From contig CATKAP010000212.1 in NCBI GenBank assembly GCA_949746255.1, positions 1,689 through 65,688 on the forward strand: DNA of 64,000 bases, written 5' to 3'. Within the stretch, counting starts at the first letter, position 1. Every line of letters begins with the position of its first letter. Positions 23,201 to 26,549 of this stretch are shown piece after piece. This DNA is from an uncultured bacterium. Its GTDB lineage: Bacteria > Bacillota > Clostridia > Christensenellales > Borkfalkiaceae. A model generated the notes under the pieces. The model did not search any database. It was not told where the DNA came from and saw only the letters and a program-made list of their open reading frames with translations. A program made the position numbers and the translations under genes.

Positions 23201-24340
23201 AAGCACCCTGCCGTTACTTATTGTTGACGTAAGCTTTCTATCCAAATTATAACCGTTGAGGTCAATAATCATAGATTTCCCTGCAGGAACGTAGATTGTA
23301 CCGTCAGTAAATCCAACGCCTTCGCCGAAACTGTGAGCATCGTTTCCGGCGTTCCAGTTTCTTGTAAGCTTAAAAGTTTGCGGAGATGAAGCCGAACTTG
23401 CCGTAACTGCGGCGTTCCACGCGTCTACGTACTCTTTGTCATACACAGTATCGTTATACGCTTTGGTTAAGTTGAAGTGGAAAGCGGGACGCATTTTGTC
23501 GCCGTCCGTTACAGAGTATGCTGCAGCGGAACCGCTCGTACCAATCGAATATATTTTACTTTCGTCGCTTGTGCTTCTGTTTCTGATACGCGTCCAACCG
23601 TCGGCTTTATACTGATTACCATTACATTTCCATAAACCCGTAGAGGCGGACGTACCGCATTCCGTTGTGGACGGAAGCCATAATTTATCGCTTTTCCAGG
23701 CCGTTCCCATGTAACTTTCTGTAGAATGCCAGCTTACCGCGCTGGGAGCTACCATATACGCGCCGTAATTTGCAATTAAAGTTTTATAAGCGGTGTGCTG
23801 TTTGGAAGTCCCTGACACAAGCGCCGTCGATGAAGTAGCATAAGAAGAGCCCACAAGTAATGCGCGCCCTTGGCTGTAATTATAATCTGTGCAGGGATAC
23901 GTTCCCGAGTTTGTGGTATAAGTGTTAAAAGAACCGCTAGGCAGTTCCGAAGTAGCTCCGGCAGCCCAAAACGTAACTATAATATTACCGGACGCGTCTT
24001 TTGAAACATACACCGGATTAAAATGCAAACTGTTAACAGTTACGTTAAACGTATTGCTCATAGTAGAGTAAGTTAAAACGCCACCCGTTGCGGACGCAAG
24101 TTTGGAGTTGACCGCGGCAAGCGTGCCCGTTCCGCTTATACGTGAACAAAGATACGTGACGTTCATAAGGCTTCCGGCGGAAGCCAACGCAAAAGAAGTC
24201 CCGTAAGCGTCCGCGTCCGCGATATCTGTGTTATCGTTATTGAAATTAATAAATCCGATACCAAAAATCGAGACCGCGGCAATAACGACCGCCCCCAATA
24301 AAACAATTAGAATTTTCTTTATTTTGGATAACTTTCTCAT
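5225..24340 (-). CDS. Giant cell-surface repeat protein A (6371 aa), putative adhesin
   Basis: This is a 19.1-kb uninterrupted ORF. The ORF track begins at GTG 24346, but ATG 24340 has GGAG 8 nt upstream. The order of elements read from the translation is as follows. First a signal/anchor, then one head module ending RPAFHFNL, then the adaptor KLTRNW...IIDLNGYNLDRKL. About 530 aa of GGGVYV..G.FTM.GG.I..N repeats (parallel beta-helix / Pmp-like) follow. Next come 5 x ~170-aa units and 3 x ~920-aa super-repeats rich in YDG..H and VYG (MBG-like) modules. The protein ends in a C-terminal TM helix (WAIAAIAGGFALMLLLIIILIAV) and an acidic tail. The adhesin role is an inference. Confidence 0.95.
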   Translation of the reverse strand: MRKLSKIKKILIVLLGAVVIAAVSIFGIGFINFNNDNTDIADADAYGTSFALASAGSLMNVTYLCSRISGTGTLAAVNSKLASATGGVLTYSTMSNTFNVTVNSLHFNPVYVSKDASGNIIVTFWAAGATSELPSGSFNTYTTNSGTYPCTDYNYSQGRALLVGSSYATSSTALVSGTSKQHTAYKTLIANYGAYMVAPSAVSWHSTESYMGTAWKSDKLWLPSTTECGTSASTGLWKCNGNQYKADGWTRIRNRSTSDESKIYSIGTSGSAAAYSVTDGDKMRPAFHFNLTKAYNDTVYDKEYVDAWNAAVTASSASSPQTFKLTRNWNAGNDAHSFGEGVGFTDGTIYVPAGKSMIIDLNGYNLDRKLTSTISNGRVLTVYGTLVVKDTSSSAAGKITGGYSSTGAGGVSVYSGGTFTLQSGNIANNKNSSTQYPGAGVCVWGGIFNMSGGNIYSNTINSYYGGGVGVSDQSGSKFTMSGGKIYSNTAKYGGGVVNENTSTTAVTLSGGTIGGSGTPNNATNGGGGVYTIAGTTTLSGTTISYNTASNSGGGVRVSEGAVFTMTSGNISKNSAPNGGGIYVDKTSGTSTANLNGGTIGGSSLGNSATYGGGVFAATGGTVNIAGTTISYNTDKNSSSSSTTVYYGGGGVYVGGGTVKLSSGSVSYNTARNGGAGVYAKSGSFTMSGGSIANNTVTNNTTSSIVSKGGGGVYVNGATVSMTGGSIKDNTSSGFDGGGVHVNSGSFTMNGSGALISSNECVSGTPQYVRHGGGVHVYGGTFTLTQGTISGNNAYYGAGIAARGGSFTMNGSGAYIKDNTTLSYGYGGGVYTNGGTFTLTQGTISGNTCGYNGGGIYVSGSNTVVINGGTITGNRANNGYGGGIYTSYTFKIKGNVAVYNNYRGSGTTKSNIYTGGYNYITVSGALTSNSNKIGIDGCGVFTTGYKTYCGTTSPSTYFSSDDGYSLSLYSGTATSKQGEVQIGTLMTVSSPSWSDGGSSTKSFTYNGSAQGGTYNAVSHASVSTTTGITHNTSTRSVTAINVYFSSSTSISSSSATSISSYSITFTPSSGYCWADGSGCNKALYIKILPKQLTVTWSNKSLVYSGAAQKATATVSGLIGSDTCSLTMSGGGTNVGTYSVKAVSTNKNYCLGSATTSSATYYASISDFTITKATLTDTTADVSTTYDRLSHTITVSATGFKASQTISTGTITYSTAENGTYSSTKPTVTNVADSKTIYYKVTFTNYNTITGGATVTISPRSLATGTTFTAIANQTYTGSAITPSTTVSNSGIAATTKTLTLDTDYTRTYSDNINAGTATITFTGKGNFTGTASTTFTILKATLTDSTAAVSVVYDRAAHGITLNITGFKGSDTLASEGTIKYGTVSGTYNQDVCPTVTDVSEGVLTVYYQVTFDNYNTVAGSKTVTITPRSIASNTTITVSGEYVYNSTALTPTYTVSNSALAGTDKYLARGTDFSYAYTNNTNAGTATITLTGMGNFTGTATQTFTIQKATLTDISTGYDGVYDRTAHTISVSVTGFFGSDTLEGVGTITYSVLENGTFTSTHPSVINVADSKDIFYKITFANYNTITGSKAATITQRNIANGTTVSVSGEYVYTSKEITPTYTVTNSNLLADNKTLVRGTAFTVEYSNNINAGTATMVLMGMGNFTGLTTQTFTIQKADLNDSSTSFTGIYDREPHGINVNAAGFRGSDEFSMGTVKYGTASGVYDLAECPTATDVSESGKTVYYQITFDNYNTITGSKTITITPRSIAGGTAITVSGTYIYNASEQIPSFTVTNSQLKGDNLSLIMNDDFTAAYTNNLNAGTATITLTGKGNFSGTATQTFEIEKADLTDTSTGYSGIYDRIFHTINVSVSGFAGGDTLANSGTVMYGLNEGSYTLDEENQPKVANVYNSNKEVFYLITFDNYNTITGSKTIVIIPRDISEGTDITVNGTYVYNASAQIPNFTVNNSYMPEDNQELVKDIAFTAAYTNNVNAGTATITLTGKGNFDGTTTISANFIIQKAQITSYLWDNVSYVYDGNEKQPKIKSVTTTATAGLPANHADMFTYSGAASDTGDYTATAVLKDEYAKNYEITSATDVDKKQITIGFMISDAVLVAAVTAYVGVYDGKRHKLLTKIEASVTEGTEVEWYWSDKNIGKNDEGWTRFYSADGPYLAEVCEVSDTKTYYFMAKAANYDPVIIPAQPTVTPKSMGTGANAIPDITYDGIPQLIYDGTAKTPTPAIHDTVATNNGKDMTVNDYEFVYSNNIFATKSAVITVKGKGNYSGSFQILYTIEQKDIADGSVTVTDIADQIFANKDWKLSPTVTDTVIGNADLAVGTDYTVVYNNSDGNPATDFKNVGKITVIITGKGNYTGERTVEYNIISKQIDEEDAVTVADIAAVTFNGNQFTPEPAVKTIFGSSNVTLVKGTDFDYSYSDNRNAGTATVTITAKGNYSGTVSVNFVINPKRITSVSGITADDKVYDGTLGYENAVKENGENAEAAGLHFDSAIISGNMDGSDLVVQTATGVFDNKNTGSRTVTVTVTALGGAMSGNYVLPENGVKITLGGVRIKAREILIEWGELEHVYDGRNYVPTASVANLADGDRVELVTRLKGVSSAVVPGPYQVEIATVLYNENGNYALPSVTFTQFNIITENTSVRIDTDSLTQVFDGTPKLPSLQELLDTSSQTWGTLEDDGVNYTLTFEALNGGSLVEIGGKHIPVNAGEYKVKVVVSPNFIWSDMQGGDTREFTFTIERATLSGFEFTGATHTYTGNQFTLSVDWSGAALDGVAIGGKPDGVEVVYFYDGAAANGVSNAGNHTVTAKFNVNGNYNAIADITVNLIIEKAELSLDGISLPDGTAAFDGNTHKLFISGTLPDKLKVVYSYEKDGLVYGANGVSGVGVYTVKATFAFADAADGDNYKLVKDGSEVSYLTATLEITKQSAEVSDVEFNDKTVVYDGNIHKLQVSGAAEGITSVTYEYKKGGVAISADGVKNAGVYTVTATFETDDNYAPVAPMTATLVISKKPLKVTADDKTIIYGDNPADGAYTATFSGLASGDTVSSLGTLNIRVNAGIYAIFGSVGLYANAIEASGLSGAATENYDITYIAGTLNVKPRVIEVVWYNDGGKTAQDLIYTYSEGEVHTPYASVVNAVNGNTVFVTVEGGQINAGIDYVARATGVSNSNYTLPVNGLTVKFTVNPKPKAGVIIWSQSPLYYNGGEQAPEAYFYESENSYAPVKLEVTVNGKAVNVGSYVATASLGSNYHLTGETTKTFTIERRDVYINIGDMTAQLAESIDVSGVRWTYVDGSLEFVAGESYTLTFTCPAVTGTGTYPIRGEFRSSNAANYNVHFTGGYSLGEDSGKCGVLKVVEGAYDMSKVSFTGTEVTYDGNAHVIGVRGLPAGVTATFEYSLNGWSYGANGVTEAGVYTVTVKFTGANENYAQIADMTVTLNIRKAALTVKANDVNIVYGDMPVNGGASFSIEGLENTDALSGTLAFEVDYLQYGNAGKYKIIPSGLTSRNYEIIFVPGTLTVSPREIGAVWYSDDTTSSKDLTYNYDGNSHLPFAVAVGTLRGDIVTFTVTGAKTEAGFGYTAKITGVSNPNYKVKASEASVKFNIIRKNYVIWDNSPLVYNGENQAPAAYYFDDEGVKHDLTVTVNGEHKNAGVEYTATATGVPAGVEGSAVFNYTIEKVKLEITVGGGSLVYGKVESGLAALLAKLKNELIISGGGFLAADVLPVTLNCLISNTSAVGEYVITAVCTNGNYEVVFINGTLTITKADIDVSGVTFSGQSAVYDGKLHSVTANNLPQGISGVIYSYKKDGVEISADGVIDAGSYTVTVKFAADSNHNAVDTELTVNITVTQADLNGKIKFDGKTVTYDGREHYLYVTGSTEGVLGISYKYDDGKGTVTDCAVKAGTYTVTAEITVSDNFKPVGNLTAQLKIEKAALTVTASDGAVVYGQTPSANGYGYSVNGLAASDSVSDILGAFAFSYETIDGVGEYVITISGATSAENYNVVYKSGKLIVTPYVISENDIIWLDKEGGTALGSSGKFEYTYTAGVMMQPHAEVKVLVNGETVTLTVEGGKIAVGYGYEAVITEITGEFAANYALPAESLKVIFDILPRPVSGKIIWDYEPLYYNGEKQIPHAYYFMEEGGTRYELDVTVNGPAINVGSYTATVSLKDTNYTLTGSTSINFNIVPRPVYIVVGDAEIRYGGNVSSDIVSWSYSEGSMRFVNGDAYSINFLFGEINGIGKYPISAQFVCDKSENYNVTFVGSWASAGADNGKFGTLTVIKAVYDMSGVTFAGTETAYDGKTHKIIINGLPEGVTAVCEYVSKGFGYGTNGVKNAGVYTVNITYSGNENYEDIAPVTATLTIRKASLTVKANDGEITYGEEPKNFGITCTGLVAGESAADVLNGELGFTFGYVKGSSVGNYSFTPYGLSAENYEINYRVGTLKVVPKPVTVTWYDDETESSQNFVYYYDGTTSFVPHAVAGGLIEGDSVLLTVSGGQRFAGLGYVAKVTGLSNPNYALPVDGSGQCSFDVMTKPYNIVWDNTPIYYNGEVQMPKAYYFDEEGVRRELVVTVTKESKDVGEYIARAMPRDDDPNKDLISGDSTHGFTILKLKVSVIIDSVADIIYGEQFTLSQNGWSYAAGSAHFAAGDGNPVVLSSVATTVGVAAGRYAITGKCGNSNYEVEFTEGWINVKKASPDLSGVEYGKLTVTYDGLSHALEITGLPSYLKAVCTYIKNGVVMGINGVIDAGEYKVIITFTADSDNYEIPENVEKTFTINKKQSDLSGIRFDDIALDYDGNVKNIYVTGTAEGVANAIYTYYKADGVTELIDGAIDAGVYKVKVEFEFDDNHYGSGEPVWAELTVNKAQLTVTANDGSVVYGQNAVAGGYGYTVEGLAFNDSADDVLGNIVFSFAAYEGAGEHENVIELSGNNYADNYVIEYVFGTLTVTPREITATWQKSETDTDTNLAYTYEEGKVYIPYAVAGNTVNGDTLVLKAEVEREKVGDGYVAVVTGIYLADGVTAAANYKLPAEGIRTVFTVAYENPVEYEIVWNYSTMYYDGTAKKPTASYYDGAVGKFISVKPENIGVYDKDGRATQAVNAGDYVAKIINSDEPFVNADEEFSFSVTPRSVYITIGDISIKFGETPDMSAVSWTYASQSAEHKFLEGDDYDLTFACGEITAAGKYPIACTFKGNLNYDVIFTGGSWASGGSDTGSCGTLTVNKTPYDMSGVVFTGTEVVYDGAEHLITVKGLPNGVTAEVVYVLDGIERAGAVNVGVYGVTVTFVGDGNHEDIPAMYTTLTVKKARLTVTANDSTVVYGDEPVANGVSYNGFVNGESQTTAGIFGGALAFEFGYVAGGNAGSYRLTPKGLTSENYEIIFVPGVLTVEKRTITVHWFNDETMSSDTLKYTQDGLSHLPYAEAGNVISGDRVVLTVSGAQTAAGINYRAEVTAVSNSNYKLPKDGATVGFDIIPSAYVIVWESAPFVYNGEEQKPGAYYFTANGERVELNVSVNGGAAVRAGTYTAVATLAGGNVTLTGESEHEFTIQKRKVSVIINNVTAEYGDTVTFNGWRYADGSQTFVGGEPIFLTSSVTVNSTVGKYAITGICTDSSNYDVTFTNGVYTVEKATVFAPELTDKIYNGQRLTADIPAGKYIVVFNDGGIDAGVYRVVIQLADYVNTRWSDTTLAAITLEFNILQAENEWTTEFEVRGTVVAGSGNMYITRPEPKFGNASAVVIKYFSDSACTKEITEEYVKTEAPQGTYYAQVSLAGTANYGELISVYSFTVTGTLSVKLNWTNKDLVYNGEEQAPVAYVWLNGEQIFLTVSGANKNAGTYTAETDMQAVDGTDLSGYVFDESGESTSIEYVIKPRSLTVHIDDDAESVYGALTIDVNRLNWTVTQGSVMAGDDLDITFTCEVNDVQTAEAGKYPIIPSCGNANYDVTFRGSWGSDDELNGKAATYTVSKANISVSKNSSTWFDEDGVIDRFQNYFITLGEKDESGEYKYLTLKGGKTATVTYSVNIDKYDATLHDGMTIAQIMQMFAVGEQSNAPEIKQAGSWVVYYRIEAESHETKYGIWKVRIEPKDKYVTVTFLKPYTVTYGETVKGKNLLPELLDGGYLEIGGAFKNDAADYEQLKLLARAFAYEDVSETDGFVDVNSDVRKYVIRLSFTEAALQNPMYANLEFKYSATNEPNSDTNLDKYEVNARKITAEWGEKSFEYDGEEHIPSVTLKGFIPVDGVGSTVKLDELKLGQTTQIELANGDIINVTVKIFSGTDAVNAGTFGIKISIDNANYKLDENTDAVTVVITMPPEPEPEGFRMPVWAIAAIAGGFALMLLLIIILIAVKRRGSSVAGGGYIDEDGFTEDYSEELDKE
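7466..15532 (-). repeat. Three tandem super-repeats of about 2.76, 2.77 and 2.54 kb inside protein A
   Basis: Anchor codons for the repeat starts are Q at 15532, 12775 and 10004, and the array ends at 7466. The internal landmark YDMS(K/G)V recurs at about 14235, 11472 and 8658. Copies align over their whole length at roughly half amino-acid identity by eye, so they are not recent duplicates. Confidence 0.8.
18284..20833 (-). repeat. Five tandem 504-522-nt coding units (about 170 aa, two domains each) in protein A
   Basis: The unit-initial Lys codons of K-A-(T/D)-L-(T/N)-D lie at 20833, 20329, 19819, 19312 and 18805. The array ends at 18284. Each unit ends in NAGTATITLTG.GNF.GT. Confidence 0.85.
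21600..23200 (-). other. Beta-helix / Pmp-like Gly-Asn-rich repeat region of protein A (approximate limits)
   Basis: There are more than 20 consecutive 20-30-aa repeats of the form GGGVYV.GG.(F/V)TM.GG.I..N. Confidence 0.6.
23471..24180 (-). other. Head module of protein A (resembles the DUF6273-type domain; approximate limits)
   Basis: The landmarks are VTFWAAG, then YNYSQGRALLVGSSYA, KLWLPSTTECG, WTRIRNRS and RPAFHFNL (23471-23495). This is the same landmark order seen in the C and D head modules. The family name is from memory and was not searched. Confidence 0.5.
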
Positions 24341-24387
24341 AATCACAACTCCGTTAGCGTAAAAATCACGCGCTATTGCTGAATTAA

Positions 24388-24451
24388 TCTGCGCCGTATA
24401 CTGATTACCACATCACTTCACAATTATAAAAAACCGTGTATACGGCGCAGA
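24388..24451. repeat. 14-bp perfect inverted repeat (stem-loop) in the 5' leader of gene A
   Basis: TCTGCGCCGTATAC (24388-24401) and GTATACGGCGCAGA (24438-24451) are exact reverse complements separated by 36 nt. No U-tract follows on the minus strand. Confidence 0.8.
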
Positions 24452-24455
24452 AAAA

Positions 24456-24482
24456 GTACTCCTAATATTGTATTAGGTGTAC
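24456..24482. repeat. Left arm of the 27-nt inverted repeat flanking the gene-A promoter
   Basis: The arm GTACTCCTAATATTGTATTAGGTGTAC matches the reverse complement of 24625-24651 at 24/27 positions. The arm is itself nearly palindromic. Confidence 0.75.
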
Positions 24483-24494
24483 GTTTGTAAAATA

Positions 24495-24523
24495 ATTTTA
24501 CCGCGAATAATTTTTCAAGTCAA
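24495..24523 (-). promoter_or_regulatory. Sigma-70-type promoter directed at giant gene A
   Basis: On the minus strand I read TTGACT (24523-24518), a 17-bp spacer and TAAAAT (24500-24495). An A/T-rich tract lies upstream. The promoter sits inside the 142-bp segment bounded by the 27-nt inverted repeats. Confidence 0.6.
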
Positions 24524-24624
24524 GGGATTTTAGCAAATTTCTATGGAATATGTTGCATTATATGGAAAAATGGCAAAATAATTTCCATAAATAAAGCCCC
24601 GTATACGCCCAAATTGTAAAAATT

Positions 24625-24651
24625 ATACTCCTAATACAATATTCGGAGTAC
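24625..24651. repeat. Right arm of the 27-nt inverted repeat flanking the gene-A promoter
   Basis: The arm is ATACTCCTAATACAATATTCGGAGTAC. The asymmetric centre (CAA here, TTG in the left arm) shows that the two arms are in inverted orientation. Confidence 0.75.
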
Positions 24652-24663
24652 ATTTTCCAATTT

Positions 24664-24706
24664 AAAAAATAAACGGCGGAACAGTCATTTCCGCCGTAAT
24701 TTTTTA
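24664..24706. terminator. Bidirectional intrinsic terminator between the recombinase gene and the promoter segment
   Basis: The stem is ACGGCGGAA (24673-24681) paired with TTCCGCCGT (24689-24697). An A-run lies on the left and a T-run on the right. It lies 79 nt downstream of the recombinase stop. Confidence 0.8.
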
Positions 24707-24784
24707 CATTTTAATTAATTTTGCGACATAGTTTTATCTTTATTTATACCTTTTAAAAGCGAAATTTGTCTCCAAATAAATTTG

Positions 24785-25720
24785 TTAAAACAACATTTTT
24801 CCCAGCTTGTTCATCATTGCCTTTTTATGTTCCTGCATAGAATGCACATACTTATTCAACGTTACGGTAGCCGACTTATGACCCAGAATTTCGGACAGCG
24901 TTTTAACGTCCATTCCGCACTCCAAAGCGCGGGTTGCAAATGTATGCCGCAAGCTGTGAAAACCTTTACGTTCGATATTAAGTCTTTTTAGCAAAAGCTG
25001 AAAACTGCGTTGATACGCCCGCACGTAGAGAGGTTTTCCGCTGTAAGAAGACACCACATAAGGAGGAATACCGCTCTTTTTCATAACTTTTAAAACGGTT
25101 ATCAACTGTTTGGGAACGGGCACGCATCTTTCCGAAGAGTCGGTTTTCGGCGAACAGGTTATCCTTGTAAAATTTCCGTTCCCGTCCTTTCCGTCGCAAC
25201 AGGTTTTTCTTACGTATATAAGTTCTCTACGCAAATCCACGTCGCTCCACTCCAAAGCGAGAAGCTCTCCTATTCTCAGACCCGTATAAAGGCATATAAG
25301 CACGCCGTACATTTTTTTCTTTTTTCCGCTTAAAATCGCCTGTTCTATTTTCTTCTGTTCGGCTTTTGTAAAGCAGGTAATTTGTTTTTCTTTAATTCTC
25401 GGGCGTTTTATGTTAGACGCGGTATATTCGGATATCTGCCCTATCGAATACGCGCATTTTAAAGAATTCTGGATTACGGCAATGTTTAAATTTACCGAAT
25501 TGGGTGCAAGCCCTTCACCCGTCTTTAAATTTCCGCTATAAGAAAGTTCGGTTATAAACCTCTGTAAAATAAGCGGTGTTATTTCCGAAAGTTCCATATC
25601 GCCCAGCTTTTCCGTCACATGACTTGCGACGATTTCGCGGTATCTTTGATACGTTTTTTGTTTGGAGGTCGGCTTGACATAATATTCAAGCCATTCGTTC
25701 AGCCATTCGTTGTACTTCAT
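24785..25720 (-). CDS. Tyrosine site-specific recombinase (phage-integrase family), 311 aa
   Basis: ATG 25720 has GGAGA 6 nt upstream. The catalytic signature is TGLRIGELLAL (Arg), HSLRHTFAT (His-x-x-Arg), LGHKS (His) and LNKYVH (Tyr). The N-terminus is a SAM-like core-binding region. Confidence 0.92.
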   Translation of the reverse strand: MKYNEWLNEWLEYYVKPTSKQKTYQRYREIVASHVTEKLGDMELSEITPLILQRFITELSYSGNLKTGEGLAPNSVNLNIAVIQNSLKCAYSIGQISEYTASNIKRPRIKEKQITCFTKAEQKKIEQAILSGKKKKMYGVLICLYTGLRIGELLALEWSDVDLRRELIYVRKTCCDGKDGNGNFTRITCSPKTDSSERCVPVPKQLITVLKVMKKSGIPPYVVSSYSGKPLYVRAYQRSFQLLLKRLNIERKGFHSLRHTFATRALECGMDVKTLSEILGHKSATVTLNKYVHSMQEHKKAMMNKLGKMLF

Positions 25721-25743
25721 AATTTGTCTCCGATGTAATAATT

Positions 25744-25786
25744 ATAGCCAAAAGTTTATAATTTCAATTTATAAACTTTTGGCTAT
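25744..25786. repeat. 18-bp perfect palindrome 24 nt upstream of the recombinase start codon
   Basis: ATAGCCAAAAGTTTATAA (25744-25761) and TTATAAACTTTTGGCTAT (25769-25786) are exact reverse complements with a 7-nt loop. A T-run follows on the plus strand. Confidence 0.8.
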
Positions 25787-26014
25787 TTTTAATTATAATA
25801 TTATTCGGCGGAACATGAAACCGAAACGCTATTCATTATTATATAATTAGCTCAATTTTCACAAAAATTTTTATGTTATATATGCAATAGTTTTAAGGGT
25901 TTTTCTTTCGCGGCGCACAATTTTATTTCCTTTGATTTTTTATACCCAACTTTTGCCATTTGCATGTATTTTTGGCAAACCTAAGGAATAATATAATTAA
26001 AAAGGAAATTTATT

Positions 26015-26467
26015 ATGGATTTTACTAACGATTTCAGCGATAACCTTGCAACTTTGATGTTTGATAACGACTTAACAGTAAACTCCTTTGCCGGAATAAT
26101 AGATATCGACAATTCTCTGATTCATAAATATTTGAGAAAAGAGACCGTGCCTTCCGTGAAAAACTTTTTAAAAATTGCTTGTTACTTCAGGTGTTCCGCG
26201 GACTTTTTGTTAGGTCTTTCCACTCAAAATTATAAAGTAAGCGATAAACTTTCTCCGCCGTTTTCAGTATGCTTTGAAAACGCGCTTAAATTTGCAAACC
26301 TCAACCGTTACCGTTTCAGAAAACTAGCCGCGCAAAAAGAAATATCTTTTTCAAAACAAAGTGTAGACGATTGGTTCCACGGCAAACACGAACCTAATAT
26401 TTACAATGTTATCAACATTGCAAAAGTTTTGAATATTTCCATAGACGTTTTATTTTGCAGAGAATAA
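26015..26467 (+). CDS. XRE-family transcriptional regulator with two tandem HTH domains (150 aa)
   Basis: This is the only plus-strand gene, and it is divergent from the recombinase. There are two HTH_3-like halves. The first reads LATLMFDNDLTVNSFAGIIDIDNSLIHKYLRKETVPSVKNFLKIACYFRCSADFLLG. The second reads RKLAAQKEISFSKQSVDDWFHGKHEPNIYNVINIAKVLNISIDVLF. Confidence 0.85.
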   Translation: MDFTNDFSDNLATLMFDNDLTVNSFAGIIDIDNSLIHKYLRKETVPSVKNFLKIACYFRCSADFLLGLSTQNYKVSDKLSPPFSVCFENALKFANLNRYRFRKLAAQKEISFSKQSVDDWFHGKHEPNIYNVINIAKVLNISIDVLFCRE

Positions 26468-26502
26468 TTTATTTACATAATCAATAAACCGTTGTTTTGA
26501 AC

Positions 26503-26545
26503 AAAAAAGTTCCCGTTCGCATTATAAGCGAACGGGAACTTTGCA
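26503..26545. terminator. Bidirectional terminator between the convergent XRE and GH10 genes
   Basis: The 12-bp stem is GTTCCCGTTCGC (26509-26520) paired with GCGAACGGGAAC (26528-26539), with loop ATTATAA. It is flanked by an A-run and T-rich sequence. Confidence 0.85.
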
Positions 26546-26549
26546 TATT

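Noticed and set aside
24341-24346. The ORF-track start codons at GTG 24346, TTG 60598, TTG 31353 and TTG 36685.
   Set aside because: In each case an in-frame ATG 6-36 nt downstream has a properly spaced GGAG/GAGG Shine-Dalgarno sequence. The TTG at 60598 also lies inside a terminator U-tract. I moved the starts to 24340, 60562, 31335 and 36670.
24785-26467. The recombinase plus XRE regulator, considered as the edge of a prophage, ICE or integrated island.
   Set aside because: The window contains no excisionase, replication, structural, conjugation or transposase genes. I found no flanking direct repeats or an intact tRNA target. A locally acting recombinase (switch) explains the context better, although an old degraded element cannot be excluded.
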